A stretch of 64,000 nucleotides of DNA from Eubacteriales bacterium (GTDB lineage: Bacteria; Bacillota; Clostridia; Oscillospirales; CAG-272): the NCBI GenBank assembly GCA_045539595.1, contig JAZQFQ010000016.1:26973-90972 (forward strand). The letters run 5' to 3'. Below, piece by piece: positions 10,329-20,525 of this stretch (its first letter is position 1; each line of letters starts with the position of its first letter). The notes below the pieces were generated by a model. That model saw only the letters and a list, made by a program, of their open reading frames with translations. It ran no database searches and was not told the origin of the DNA. A program made the position numbers and the translations under genes.

Positions 10329-11015
10329 ATGAAGATTTTGACTTCCCCTTCCGTTCTGGCCTGCGATTTTTTGCACCTGGAAGATGAGATCCGTCGTGCT
10401 GACGCTGCCGGTTCCGACTGGCTTCACTGTGATGTGATGGACGGAATGTTCGTTCCCAACATGAGTTTCGGGTTTGACACGATCCGCGCCATCGACACCG
10501 TATCCGATCTTCCTCTGGATGTACATATGATGACCTGCGTACCGCAGAACTATCTGGATGCTTTGAAGAACGCGGGTGCGGACATCGTTACCATTCACAA
10601 CGATATTGGGCTGAGCGATGAGGAACTGCATGAGGTGCTGAAGAACATCCACGCAAGAGGAATGAAGGCCGCCATGTCCCTGAAGCCGAAGTTCCCGGCT
10701 GAGACTGTGTTCCCCTTCCTTGAGGAGTTGGACATGGTTCTGATTATGACAGTAGAGCCCGGTTTCGGCGGTCAGAAATTCATGCCCGATATGCTGGACA
10801 AGATTGCGGCTGTTCGCCGGAAAGCCATCGAAATGGGCCGCGATATCGACATTCAGGTAGACGGCGGCACCAACGCCGCCAATGCGGCACTGGCGGCTGC
10901 ATCCGGTGCGAACGTATTCGTTGTCGGCACGGCTTCCTTCCGCGCGCCGGACATGAAGGCTGCACTGGACGACGTGAAAAAAGCCGCTGAGGACGCATAC
11001 GGAAAAAATCTCTGA
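10329..11015 (+). CDS. rpe: ribulose-phosphate 3-epimerase
   Basis: SVLACDF and HCDVMDGMFVPN motifs. AGGAG lies upstream of ATG 10329. The ORF-track start 10068 is an N-terminal extension that crosses the promoter. Confidence 0.9.
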   Translation: MKILTSPSVLACDFLHLEDEIRRADAAGSDWLHCDVMDGMFVPNMSFGFDTIRAIDTVSDLPLDVHMMTCVPQNYLDALKNAGADIVTIHNDIGLSDEELHEVLKNIHARGMKAAMSLKPKFPAETVFPFLEELDMVLIMTVEPGFGGQKFMPDMLDKIAAVRRKAIEMGRDIDIQVDGGTNAANAALAAASGANVFVVGTASFRAPDMKAALDDVKKAAEDAYGKNL

Positions 11016-11035
11016 TTTATCATACATTAAAGAAC

Positions 11036-11062
11036 AAAACCCGAGGGATAACCTCGGGTTTT
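11036..11062. terminator. bidirectional terminator between rpe and the convergent EEP gene
   Basis: AAAACCCGAGG / CCTCGGGTTTT stem with a 5-nt loop. Confidence 0.75.
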
Positions 11063-11096
11063 ATGTTTATCTATAATTGCTGCTTGTCATGCCGTA

Positions 11097-12773
11097 TTAC
11101 ATTTCATACCGCAGGAATATCGGGTAATGGTCTGAAGGATATTCCCCGTCGATCTTTTCGTCAATTACCTCGTATTCCGCGGGATATACCGAATCGGTGC
11201 AGAATACAAAATCAATGACCTTACCGTTTCCTGGGAAAGTAGCTTTCTTTTCAGCCACAGGTGCATCCAGAGCCGCATTGGTAAAACCTGCGCCGGTCAC
11301 TATTTTATAGGTTTCCTCGGATGCAACACAGTTGAAGTCGCCGGTCATAAGAATCGGAAGGCCGGCGTGTTTTTCGGCAAAACTCACAAGCACACCTGCC
11401 TGGAATATGCGCGCCTCCAGACTTTCGTGATCCAGGTGAGTATTGATATGTACAAATTCCTGGCCATTGCTCTTGCACCGCAGTTTGGCAAACGTCATAA
11501 TCCGTCTGTAAGCGGAGGTTTCGTAGGAGGATACCTTATCCGGTGTTTCGGACAGCCAATATGTATCACTTTCGAGCAGCTCAAAGCGATCCTTTTTGTA
11601 GAAGATACAGCTGTACTCGCCGTTATGGCCGCCATCTCTTCCTTCTCCCACATAGCCGTAGATGTGACCCAAGCGAGCTTTCAGAATATCCATCCAGTAG
11701 GGGGATACTTCCTGCAGGCCCACCGTATCGGGATCTGCATTCAGAATGGTGTTTACCACGCGGTTGATGCGTGCCTCATCCGGCTTGGTGGTCAGAATAT
11801 TGAAACTCATGATGCTGAGCTGGTTTGATGCTCGCTCCCCTTCAATGGCGTTCGTGATTTGTACGTTTGCCGTTTTTCCACCGTCCGTCAGCATTGAGAG
11901 GAGAGCATCCACACCGCCGATGTATCCGCTGATATCACCGGCCAGAATAGACACATTTCCGTTTACGTCTGCCTCAATGCGATATTTTCCATTCGCTAAT
12001 ACAACCGATGCAGAATCGGCATCCTCGTTGGCCGTATGGCCGATTCGAATCCACTTTGTGCAGTCATCGGAGAGATACTTGTCGGATGTTACAGTCAGTG
12101 CATAACCGGTCTTTTCAGTAATTACCGATGCAAGGCGAGATGCATGCTTGCTTTCGGACAACAACCCCTTGTTCGGATACACAATGCTGTACTGATAAAT
12201 CGACGTTCCGTTGATTGATACACTATCTATATCATAATTAGCTTTATACAGGTAATCCATGGTGTATGAATAAAACGGGCTGTCCATATCGGAGGTGCAT
12301 ACGTTGACCACACGCTCCATGAAACTTTCCATGGCTTCCATCAGCATAGCATCGGATGCACCGTAAAACACGATTTTCTTCCCTACCAGCTTGTATCCAT
12401 AATCCGTAACGCGCACAGAGCGGGCTGCGTCTGCGGATTCCTCGCGCTCGTCGCACACACCGAGCAGTATCTCATATTCCGCCTCGGTGTATTCGGGAGT
12501 CGTTTCGTCCACATAGGAGGATCGATAGGTGAGACGGATAGAAGATTTATTTTCGATGGCGTCACACAATGCTCTGCCTGCGCGGAATAACTCGTCCGAG
12601 CAGTACTCCGGATAAATCACTACAATGTTGTGCAAATCGGAAACTGTGAACCCGGTAAACTCCGGCACAGGTTCATCCGGCGCACCGGAGGGATCGTTCT
12701 GGCACGCCGCAAGTGCGCCGGTTATCAAAAACAAAGCCAATACTGTAGTCAGGAAATGAAGTAATTTTTTCAT
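11097..12773 (-). CDS. endonuclease/exonuclease/phosphatase (EEP) family lipoprotein
   Basis: Signal peptide with a lipobox (ITGALAAC). The C-terminal ~260 aa looks EEP-like and ends with SDHYPI. ATG 12773 is preceded by AGAGAGG. The N-terminal ~300 aa domain is unassigned. Confidence 0.7.
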   Translation of the reverse strand: MKKLLHFLTTVLALFLITGALAACQNDPSGAPDEPVPEFTGFTVSDLHNIVVIYPEYCSDELFRAGRALCDAIENKSSIRLTYRSSYVDETTPEYTEAEYEILLGVCDEREESADAARSVRVTDYGYKLVGKKIVFYGASDAMLMEAMESFMERVVNVCTSDMDSPFYSYTMDYLYKANYDIDSVSINGTSIYQYSIVYPNKGLLSESKHASRLASVITEKTGYALTVTSDKYLSDDCTKWIRIGHTANEDADSASVVLANGKYRIEADVNGNVSILAGDISGYIGGVDALLSMLTDGGKTANVQITNAIEGERASNQLSIMSFNILTTKPDEARINRVVNTILNADPDTVGLQEVSPYWMDILKARLGHIYGYVGEGRDGGHNGEYSCIFYKKDRFELLESDTYWLSETPDKVSSYETSAYRRIMTFAKLRCKSNGQEFVHINTHLDHESLEARIFQAGVLVSFAEKHAGLPILMTGDFNCVASEETYKIVTGAGFTNAALDAPVAEKKATFPGNGKVIDFVFCTDSVYPAEYEVIDEKIDGEYPSDHYPIFLRYEM

Positions 12774-12898
12774 AAGTACCTCTCTGTCGCGGGAAGATCT
12801 CACAAGGAATGGTGAACTAAACCATAGGACAAGTATACCATGATTTTCGCACTATGGCAACCCAAATCCCTTATCCCATTTGTATAATTCACCATGCA

Positions 12899-12930
12899 GT
12901 AAAAAGATCACCCGAAAACCGGGTGATCTT
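12899..12930 (-). terminator. rho-independent terminator of mreB
   Basis: An 11-bp stem (AAGATCACCCG / CGGGTGATCTT) followed on the minus strand by a T-run. Confidence 0.7.
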
Positions 12931-12937
12931 AATTACA

Positions 12938-13954
12938 TTAGCGCAGATGGCGGGGAAGATTCATGCCGTCATCCGGGAAAGCGGAGATAAAGTCCAGATA
13001 TTTGCCGGTGCCGATAGCCACGCAGGAAACCGGATGATCCGCCACGCGGGTCTTTACACCAGTTACATTGGCGATCAGACGATCCAGTCCGAACAAAAGA
13101 CTGCCTCCGCCGGTCATAACAATACCGTTATGGAGAATATCGCCTATCAATTCCGGCGGTGTCTTTTCAATGACGGAACAAACGGATTCCACAATGGCCG
13201 TGATGGGCTCCTCCAGTGCATCGGGCATTTCCATGGAGTTCAATCGAATGACGCGGGGCAAGCCCTGCACCAGACAGCGGCCCTTCACTTCAATCATGGT
13301 AGGCTCTTCCCTCTGCCAGGCACATCCGATCTTTTTCTTAATCTCCTCCGCAGTGCGTTCACCGATCAGCACGTTGTGCTTTCGGCGGACATAGCGGATG
13401 ATTGCCTCATCAAACTTGTCACCGGCCACCTTAATGGATTCAGATACAACAACGCCATTCAGGGAAATAACCGCGATATCCGTGGTACCGCCGCCGATGT
13501 CGACGATCATATGGCCGTTGGGCATGGAAATATCGATTCCGGCGCCCAGTGCTGCAGCCACCGGTTCTTCAATCAGATAGGTACGTTTCGCCCCTGCCTG
13601 CACAGCGGCATCCCAAACAGCTCTTGTTTCCACTTCCGTAATGCCGCTGGGCACGCAGATAGCAACACGCGGCTTGAAAATAACGGAGGGGCCGCAGACG
13701 CGGCGAATGAAATGCTGCAGCATCCGCAGCGTCACTTCATACTGGCTGATAACGCCATCCCGCAGCGGACGAATGGCCGTAATGTTACCGGGGGTGCGGC
13801 CCAGCATCTCCTGGGCGGCGCGCCCTACTTTTAAAATTCTGTCTGTATTTCGATCGATGGCCACAACCGAAGGCTCTTTTAAAACAATGCCTTTGCCCTT
13901 GACATAGACAAGGACTGTTGCTGTACCAAGGTCAATTCCAATATCTTTTCCCAT
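12938..13954 (-). CDS. mreB: rod shape-determining protein MreB
   Basis: Actin-fold phosphate motifs DIGIDLGTA and DIGGGTTD. ATG 13954 is chosen; the ORF-track start 13963 is a TTG. Confidence 0.9.
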   Translation of the reverse strand: MGKDIGIDLGTATVLVYVKGKGIVLKEPSVVAIDRNTDRILKVGRAAQEMLGRTPGNITAIRPLRDGVISQYEVTLRMLQHFIRRVCGPSVIFKPRVAICVPSGITEVETRAVWDAAVQAGAKRTYLIEEPVAAALGAGIDISMPNGHMIVDIGGGTTDIAVISLNGVVVSESIKVAGDKFDEAIIRYVRRKHNVLIGERTAEEIKKKIGCAWQREEPTMIEVKGRCLVQGLPRVIRLNSMEMPDALEEPITAIVESVCSVIEKTPPELIGDILHNGIVMTGGGSLLFGLDRLIANVTGVKTRVADHPVSCVAIGTGKYLDFISAFPDDGMNLPRHLR

Positions 13955-14231
13955 CCAAACCAACCGTTTCCGTCCGACATGAAATCAAGCGGACAAGTTA
14001 TGTCAAAAGACAACATATATCATTCCAAATTATATTATAGCGGAAAAGCAGGAAATTTGCAATGGATTGTTCAATTTTTTTGCTTGCTTTTCAATTCGTT
14101 TCAGATTTGTGCCGTTTTTTATAACTTTTTTGAAAAATCATAGAAATTTACAAAAAAATTCAGCCAATCTTCAGGAAAACGTGGTACAATGATTAGCGTA
14201 TACAAAGAAACCATTGGGAGGGTGTGTAATT

Positions 14232-15344
14232 TTGATCCAGGTAAATCATCTGACAAAAAAGTATGGTGCATTTCTTGCTGTGGATGATATCAGTTTTCAT
14301 ATTGAAAAGGGGCATGTGTACGGATTTCTCGGACCGAACGGTGCCGGAAAATCCACTACCATGAATATCATCACCGGCTGTCTTGCCGCCACCGACAGCG
14401 AAGTTGTCATCAACGGATATGATATTTATGAAGATCCGGTGGAAGCCAAGACGTGCATTGGGTATCTGCCGGAGATGCCTCCATTGTACACGGATATGAC
14501 TCCGCGGGAGTATCTTCTGTTCGTTGGTGAGGCAAAAGGTATCGACCCGGCACGGCTGACAGCACACATAGAAGATATTATGAGCAAAACTCACCTGACT
14601 AATGTACAGGATCGATTGATTAAGAATCTGTCCAAAGGATACAAACAGCGGGTCGGAATTGCTCAAGCCATTCTGGGCGATCCGGAGATCATCATTCTGG
14701 ACGAGCCAACGGTTGGTCTGGATCCGTTGCAGATCATAGAAATCCGTGATCTGATCAAGGAATTGGGAAAGGACCACACGGTGATTCTGTCCAGCCATAT
14801 TCTGTCTGAGATCAGCGCGGTGTGCGATACGATTCTCATCATTTCCCACGGAAAGATCGTGGCCGCCGATACCATTGAGAATCTCACCGCATCCACCGAC
14901 GGATGCCGGATCATTACATTGGACGTCCGCGGTGATGTGGCGGCCGTTACCGGTGCGCTGGCGGATCTGAGCGAGGCGGTCAACACCACCGTCACATACG
15001 GTCTGGGCGGATGCGTCCATGTGACCATCGAAACACCGGCTAACATAGATATGCGGGAAGATGTGTTCCGCTTGTTTGCGTCGCACGATATCCCGATTCT
15101 GGATATGTCCACAAACGATGTGAGCCTGGAGGACGTGTTCCTGCGCTTGACGGCGGACAGCATTTCCTTGCCGGCCGAGGAAGATGTGGTGGATGAAGTT
15201 ACGGATTCCATGGATGCTCCGGAGGAAGAGGCAGAGGAAGAGTCTGTGGAAGAATCTCCCTACTACGAGCTTCCGAAAAAGAAAAAAAACAAAAAACAAG
15301 CCGAAGATGATGATTATACACCCCTGTTCGGCGGAAAGGAATGA
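14232..15344 (+). CDS. ABC-2 type transporter ATP-binding protein (GldA-like)
   Basis: Walker A GPNGAGKST, signature LSKGYKQR and Walker B IIILDEP. GGGAGGG lies 9 nt upstream of TTG 14232. The C-terminal tail is acidic and lysine-rich. Confidence 0.85.
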   Translation: MIQVNHLTKKYGAFLAVDDISFHIEKGHVYGFLGPNGAGKSTTMNIITGCLAATDSEVVINGYDIYEDPVEAKTCIGYLPEMPPLYTDMTPREYLLFVGEAKGIDPARLTAHIEDIMSKTHLTNVQDRLIKNLSKGYKQRVGIAQAILGDPEIIILDEPTVGLDPLQIIEIRDLIKELGKDHTVILSSHILSEISAVCDTILIISHGKIVAADTIENLTASTDGCRIITLDVRGDVAAVTGALADLSEAVNTTVTYGLGGCVHVTIETPANIDMREDVFRLFASHDIPILDMSTNDVSLEDVFLRLTADSISLPAEEDVVDEVTDSMDAPEEEAEEESVEESPYYELPKKKKNKKQAEDDDYTPLFGGKE

Positions 15345-15355
15345 GGTGCTCTCCC

Positions 15356-16219
15356 ATGTTTGCCATCTATAAACGCGAATTGAAATCCTACTACACAGGA
15401 ATGATTGCGCCGATTTTCTCCGCTGTCCTTCTTGTGCTGGTCGGTGTGTTCACCACCGCTACCAATCTGATGGGCGGATATCCGAATTTTGAATATGCGC
15501 TGTCATCGACTTTGATCATTTATCTGATCATCATGCCTATTTTGTCCATGCGTTCCTTCTCGGAGGATCGACATTCCCGCACGGATCAGCTTCTGTTCTC
15601 CCTGCCCATGAAGCTGTCCTCGGTAGTCATGGCCAAATATTTCGCCATGGTAAGTGTACTTGGGATCAACTGCGGTATTCTGTGTCTGTATCCGCTGATT
15701 CTCTCCTTGTACGGCAGTGTGAATTTTCTTGTCACCTACGGTGCTATTCTGGCGTTCTTTCTGTTGGGATGTGCCCTGATCGCTATCGGTATGTTTTTGT
15801 CCTCACTGACGGAGAGTCAGGTGATCGCAGCGGTACTTTCGCTGGCCGTATTCATTCTCATCTATATGATGGGCAGCTTGATTACCCTGATTCCCGCGAC
15901 TTCCGCGGCATCCCTGATCGGTTGCTATGGGATTGCCCTTCTGGCCGCCGTGATCCTGTATTATATGACGAAAAATCCCGTTGCGGCCCTTTCTCTTGCC
16001 GTGGCTGTGGTTTTCGTTCTCACCGCCGTGTATCTGATTCGCTCTTCCCTGTTTGAGGGATTGATTCAGAATATTCTTTCCGCCACAGCGCTGTTTGATC
16101 GTTTCACTAACTTCACCAACGGCATTCTGGATATCACTTCCCTTGTGTATTATGCTTCTGTTTCCGCACTGTTCGTTTTCTTTACCGTGCAGTCCATGGA
16201 AAAGAAACGCTGGGCGTAA
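15356..16219 (+). CDS. ABC-2 type transporter permease (GldF-like)
   Basis: Polytopic membrane protein. GAGGTG lies 7 nt upstream of ATG 15356. An alternative ATG at 15341 overlaps the upstream stop. Confidence 0.7.
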   Translation: MFAIYKRELKSYYTGMIAPIFSAVLLVLVGVFTTATNLMGGYPNFEYALSSTLIIYLIIMPILSMRSFSEDRHSRTDQLLFSLPMKLSSVVMAKYFAMVSVLGINCGILCLYPLILSLYGSVNFLVTYGAILAFFLLGCALIAIGMFLSSLTESQVIAAVLSLAVFILIYMMGSLITLIPATSAASLIGCYGIALLAAVILYYMTKNPVAALSLAVAVVFVLTAVYLIRSSLFEGLIQNILSATALFDRFTNFTNGILDITSLVYYASVSALFVFFTVQSMEKKRWA

Positions 16220-16235
16220 GTAAGGAGGTATACAC

Positions 16236-17696
16236 ATGAAAAACATAACGAAAACCAATATGCGTGCACTTCGCGGCGGCTCCTATAGTTTTGCTGTATG
16301 TGCCATTGCCCTGGTGCTGGTCATCGTGCTCAATCTGTTTGTGGGATCTCTTCCCTCCTCCCTCACCAAGCCGGATGGCAGTACAGTGGGTATGCTGAAC
16401 ATCTGTGAGGAAACCAAGCAAATTGTCACCTCCGTCACCGAGCCTGTAACTATTTATCTGGTGGCCCAAAGCGGCATGGAGGACATTACCCTGCAGGAGC
16501 TTCTGGCAAGATATGCGGACTTGAACCGGAACGTGAAAATCGTCACCGTTGACCCGGATATCCGTCCCGGATTTACATCCCAGTACACCCCTGACACGCT
16601 GTCCCAGAACAGCATCATCGTGGAAAGTCAACGCCGCCACACCGTAATCGATTATACGGAAATTTACACCGTATCCTACGATAATCTGACCGAAGAAGAT
16701 TACTATAACTACTATTATTACGGCATCCAGCCCCAGGGTACTCCTTACTTCAAAGGCGAGTTGGAATTGACATCCGCCCTGGACTATGTAACACGCAACT
16801 ACATCCCCACCGTGTATTTCATCAACAATCACGACGAGGATACGCTGAACGCCACCATGGCGTCGTACCTGGATGCAGACAGTATTATAACCTCATCCCT
16901 TACGCTGCTGGGCGGCGAGGGGATCCCCGCCGATTGCACGGCGATCATTCTGAACAATCCGAAAACCGATATCAGTGTATTTGAAGCCGAAACGCTTCGC
17001 AGTTATCTGAATCGGGGAGGCAATGTGATCCTCATCACCGATTATCGGTACTATTCCAATGCAGATATGCCTAATCTGGCCACCGTAGCCGCCCACATGG
17101 GCATGCAGTCCGCCGACGGTCTTCTGGTGGAGGGCGATGCGAACCGCTACAACACCTATCCTTCTTTCCTTCTGCCGAAGCTGATTACGGCAGGTCCCGG
17201 AAGCGTCCTTTCATCCAATCTCACCGCGCTGATCCCCAACGCACATGGTATCGTACTGACCGAGGAAGGAGATGCGGAGGCAAGCACCCTTCTGACCTCC
17301 TCCACCGCGTCTTATGTAAAGGTTGCCGGTTCGAATGCTACGGTGTACGACAAGGAGCCCGATGACATCGACGGCCCCTTCAGCGTGGCAGCTTCATCTA
17401 CTCTCGCTACGGACAACGGATATGGCAAGTTCGTCTGGTTTGCCTCCCCCGCTATTGTGTCGGATCAATGGGATTACTATGTAAGCGGCTCCAATTCCGC
17501 TGTGTTCATGTCCAGCGTTAACTGGATGTGTGAGAAGGCCGTATCCGTGTCTGTCCTTGCCAAGCAAATGCAGATCGAGCCCCTTCTGATCAGTCAGGCG
17601 GCAGCCAACACCTGGTCTCTGCTGTTGACAGTATTTATTCCGGTGGTCATCCTTGGCGGCGGCTTCTATGTATGGATGCGCCGCCGACGCAGATAA
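16236..17696 (+). CDS. GldG-like ABC transporter auxiliary protein
   Basis: N- and C-terminal TM anchors flank a large extracytoplasmic domain. AAGGAGG SD is present. The gene sits directly after the ABC-2 ATPase and permease genes. Confidence 0.6.
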   Translation: MKNITKTNMRALRGGSYSFAVCAIALVLVIVLNLFVGSLPSSLTKPDGSTVGMLNICEETKQIVTSVTEPVTIYLVAQSGMEDITLQELLARYADLNRNVKIVTVDPDIRPGFTSQYTPDTLSQNSIIVESQRRHTVIDYTEIYTVSYDNLTEEDYYNYYYYGIQPQGTPYFKGELELTSALDYVTRNYIPTVYFINNHDEDTLNATMASYLDADSIITSSLTLLGGEGIPADCTAIILNNPKTDISVFEAETLRSYLNRGGNVILITDYRYYSNADMPNLATVAAHMGMQSADGLLVEGDANRYNTYPSFLLPKLITAGPGSVLSSNLTALIPNAHGIVLTEEGDAEASTLLTSSTASYVKVAGSNATVYDKEPDDIDGPFSVAASSTLATDNGYGKFVWFASPAIVSDQWDYYVSGSNSAVFMSSVNWMCEKAVSVSVLAKQMQIEPLLISQAAANTWSLLLTVFIPVVILGGGFYVWMRRRRR

Positions 17697-17706
17697 GAGG
17701 TTTATC

Positions 17707-18669
17707 GTGAAAAAGAAAAAAATATCAAAATTGCTTATGCCGGTCATTATGCTGGTGCTTACCGCGGCACTATTGATCGCGTATCTGGTACTGGGAAAAT
17801 CGGATCCGGCGGGTGACGAAACAGACACCGGTGATACAAACAGCGAAGTGACCATCATACTCCAGCGGGATGCCAGTACAATCACTGAACTGTCTTACAC
17901 ACTGCACGGCGAGAAACCGCTGACATTCGCCTACAACAGCGCATCTTCTCAGTGGAGTTATGCCCCCGCACCCGCCTATCCTCTGCTGACGGAACACCTG
18001 GATTACATGGCCGCGGCCATTTCCTACATTGGTGTATACCGGACGCTGGACACCGGCGACACGGGAATATACGGATTTGAGAATCCTGCGGTGACTATCG
18101 ATGTGAGCTACGCGGACGGTTCCCGGTATTCCTTCGCCATAGGCAATCAGAACAGCATGACGGGCTATCACTACTTTAAGGATCTGGAGAGCGGCACGGT
18201 GTACACCATCGATCCGGCACTGCTTCCCTATTTCCAGGTAAAACTGGAGGATATGTTCGCTTACGATTCCCTCAATACCGATGTGGAGGAAGCATATATT
18301 ACCTCCCTCACATGGAATGTGGACGGCGACACGGGTACGTTGGAGAATCTATCGGAGAAGGACCGCAGTACAATCTATGCGGCCTATCAATCTCTCAAGC
18401 CTGCTATGTGCGCAGACTGGAGCGGCACCGATGATGCCCTGGCTTCGTATGGTATCGGGAATAATACGGTAACGATTGGCTATCGGCGTGCGGTGGCTTC
18501 TGCGGATGAATCGGGCAACGAAGTAACCACCCGTATTGCGGCCACATACACAATTCAATTCGGCACTCCTGCCGGTGACGGAAGGATTCCCTATGTTCTC
18601 CCCAACTCCCACGTGATTTATCTGGCGGATTTCTCTCTGTTGGAGCCGGCCATCTCCCTTATGAGTTGA
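17707..18669 (+). CDS. membrane-anchored protein, DUF4340-like
   Basis: The GTG 17707 start has AAGAGG upstream. It has an N-terminal KKKK stretch plus a TM anchor. It is the fourth gene of the GldA/F/G-like set. The family assignment comes from context and size only. Confidence 0.5.
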   Translation: MKKKKISKLLMPVIMLVLTAALLIAYLVLGKSDPAGDETDTGDTNSEVTIILQRDASTITELSYTLHGEKPLTFAYNSASSQWSYAPAPAYPLLTEHLDYMAAAISYIGVYRTLDTGDTGIYGFENPAVTIDVSYADGSRYSFAIGNQNSMTGYHYFKDLESGTVYTIDPALLPYFQVKLEDMFAYDSLNTDVEEAYITSLTWNVDGDTGTLENLSEKDRSTIYAAYQSLKPAMCADWSGTDDALASYGIGNNTVTIGYRRAVASADESGNEVTTRIAATYTIQFGTPAGDGRIPYVLPNSHVIYLADFSLLEPAISLMS

Positions 18670-18674
18670 CGCAG

Positions 18675-18716
18675 AAACCATCCTTTGTATTTTTGAATAT
18701 AAAGGATGGTTTTTCT
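18675..18716 (+). terminator. rho-independent terminator after the four-gene ABC set
   Basis: A 12-bp stem (AAACCATCCTTT / AAAGGATGGTTT) followed by a T-run. Confidence 0.75.
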
Positions 18717-18794
18717 GTATAAGTCTTTCATTATCCTGGGAAATATGGTATACTAGTTATAATTGCTTATCTTGATTGTCACGGTGGTGTTTTC

Positions 18795-20525
18795 TTGAAA
18801 AAATTATTATCTCAAATGAAATATTATAAATGGGAATGTATTCTCGGACCGCTCTTCAAGCTGTTTGAGGCTTCTCTGGAATTGATCGTTCCGCTGATTA
18901 TCGGGCGCACGATTGACGTGGGCATACGCGATCGGGATACCGGCTACATTCTCGTACAGTGCCTGATTCTGGCTGCGTTGGGGCTGGTGGGACTTCTGTT
19001 TTCCGTTACGGCTCAGTATTTTGCCGCCCGTGCGGCTGTCGGCTCCACGGCCCGCCTGAAGCATGACTTGTTTGTCCACCTCGGAAAACTTTCCTATTCC
19101 AACCTGGACAAACTGGGCTCATCCACCATGATCACCCGCATGACCAGCGATATGAATCAGATCCAGAACGGTATCAATCTGACACTGCGCCTGCTTCTCC
19201 GCTCCCCCTTCGTAGTGTTCGGTGCCATGATTATGGCGTTCACCATCGATACCCCCTCCGCACTGGTATTTGCCTGCGCTATCCCAGTTCTTTCCGTGAT
19301 CGTGTTCGGTATCATGCTGGTGAGCATCCCCCTCTACAAGCGGGTGCAAAACGCGCTGGACCACGTCCTCAAAATCACCCGCGAAAACCTGAACGGTGTT
19401 CGTGTGATCCGTGCGTTCTGCCGGGAGGAAAAAGAAGTCTCCGATTTTACCGAGAGCAATCAGTACTTATTCACACAGCAGCGTTTTGTCGGCAGAATTT
19501 CGGCCTTGATGAATCCACTCACCTATGTCATCATCAATATCGCTATCGCTGTGCTGATCTATGTGGGCGCAATCCGCGTGGAGTACGGTATTCTGACCCA
19601 GGGTGCTGTGATCGCGCTGTACAACTATATGTCACAGATCCTTGTGGAATTAATCAAACTGGCCAATCTGATCATCAACATAACCAAATCCATGGCGTGC
19701 GCCAATCGGGTGCAATCCATTTTTGAAATTGAAACCGGCATGAAAAATTATCCAGAAGTTTCGGGTGCGGTACAGAATGAGGATGCGATCCGCTTTGAAC
19801 ATGTGACCATGCAGTACACGGAAGGTGCGGATGCGGCTCTGACGGATATTACCTTTTCCGTGAAGCGCGGTGAGACGGTAGGTATCATTGGAGGCACCGG
19901 CAGCGGTAAATCCACGCTGGTACAGCTGATTCCCCGCTTCTACGATGTGCTGGACGGTTGCGTGACCGTCAACGGAATCGATGTGCGGGCGCAGAATGAG
20001 GCGGATTTACGCGGGCGCATCGGCTATGTACCACAGAAGGCGGTACTTCTGCGTGGATCGGTGCGGGATAATCTCCGCATGGGTAACCACAACACCACCG
20101 ATGCGGAATTGTGGCATGCCATGGAAATCGCGCAACTCAAAGACGTAATCACCGCCAAAGACGGCGGATTGGATTATCCGATTGAACAAGGCGGAAAGAA
20201 TCTATCCGGCGGTCAGCGCCAGCGATTGACCATCGCCCGCGCGCTGGTGCGCAAGCCGGAAATCCTGATTCTGGACGACAGCGCGTCCGCTTTGGATCTG
20301 GCAACGGATGCAGCTTTGCGCCGTGCCCTGCGGGGCTTGGATCCGGACACCACCGTGATCGTCGTGTCCCAGCGGACATCGTCCCTGGTCCATGCGGACA
20401 AAATTATCGTTCTGGATGACGGATGCATGGTGGGAATGGGAACCCACGATGAACTGCTGCAGAATTGCCCCGTGTATCAAGAAATCCACTATTCCCAGTA
20501 TCCGGAAAAGGAGGCGGGACGATGA
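18795..20525 (+). CDS. ABC exporter, fused permease/ATPase (heterodimer partner 1)
   Basis: An N-terminal 6-TM domain is followed by an NBD with GGTGSGKST, LSGGQRQR and ILILDD. Confidence 0.85.
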   Translation: MKKLLSQMKYYKWECILGPLFKLFEASLELIVPLIIGRTIDVGIRDRDTGYILVQCLILAALGLVGLLFSVTAQYFAARAAVGSTARLKHDLFVHLGKLSYSNLDKLGSSTMITRMTSDMNQIQNGINLTLRLLLRSPFVVFGAMIMAFTIDTPSALVFACAIPVLSVIVFGIMLVSIPLYKRVQNALDHVLKITRENLNGVRVIRAFCREEKEVSDFTESNQYLFTQQRFVGRISALMNPLTYVIINIAIAVLIYVGAIRVEYGILTQGAVIALYNYMSQILVELIKLANLIINITKSMACANRVQSIFEIETGMKNYPEVSGAVQNEDAIRFEHVTMQYTEGADAALTDITFSVKRGETVGIIGGTGSGKSTLVQLIPRFYDVLDGCVTVNGIDVRAQNEADLRGRIGYVPQKAVLLRGSVRDNLRMGNHNTTDAELWHAMEIAQLKDVITAKDGGLDYPIEQGGKNLSGGQRQRLTIARALVRKPEILILDDSASALDLATDAALRRALRGLDPDTTVIVVSQRTSSLVHADKIIVLDDGCMVGMGTHDELLQNCPVYQEIHYSQYPEKEAGR

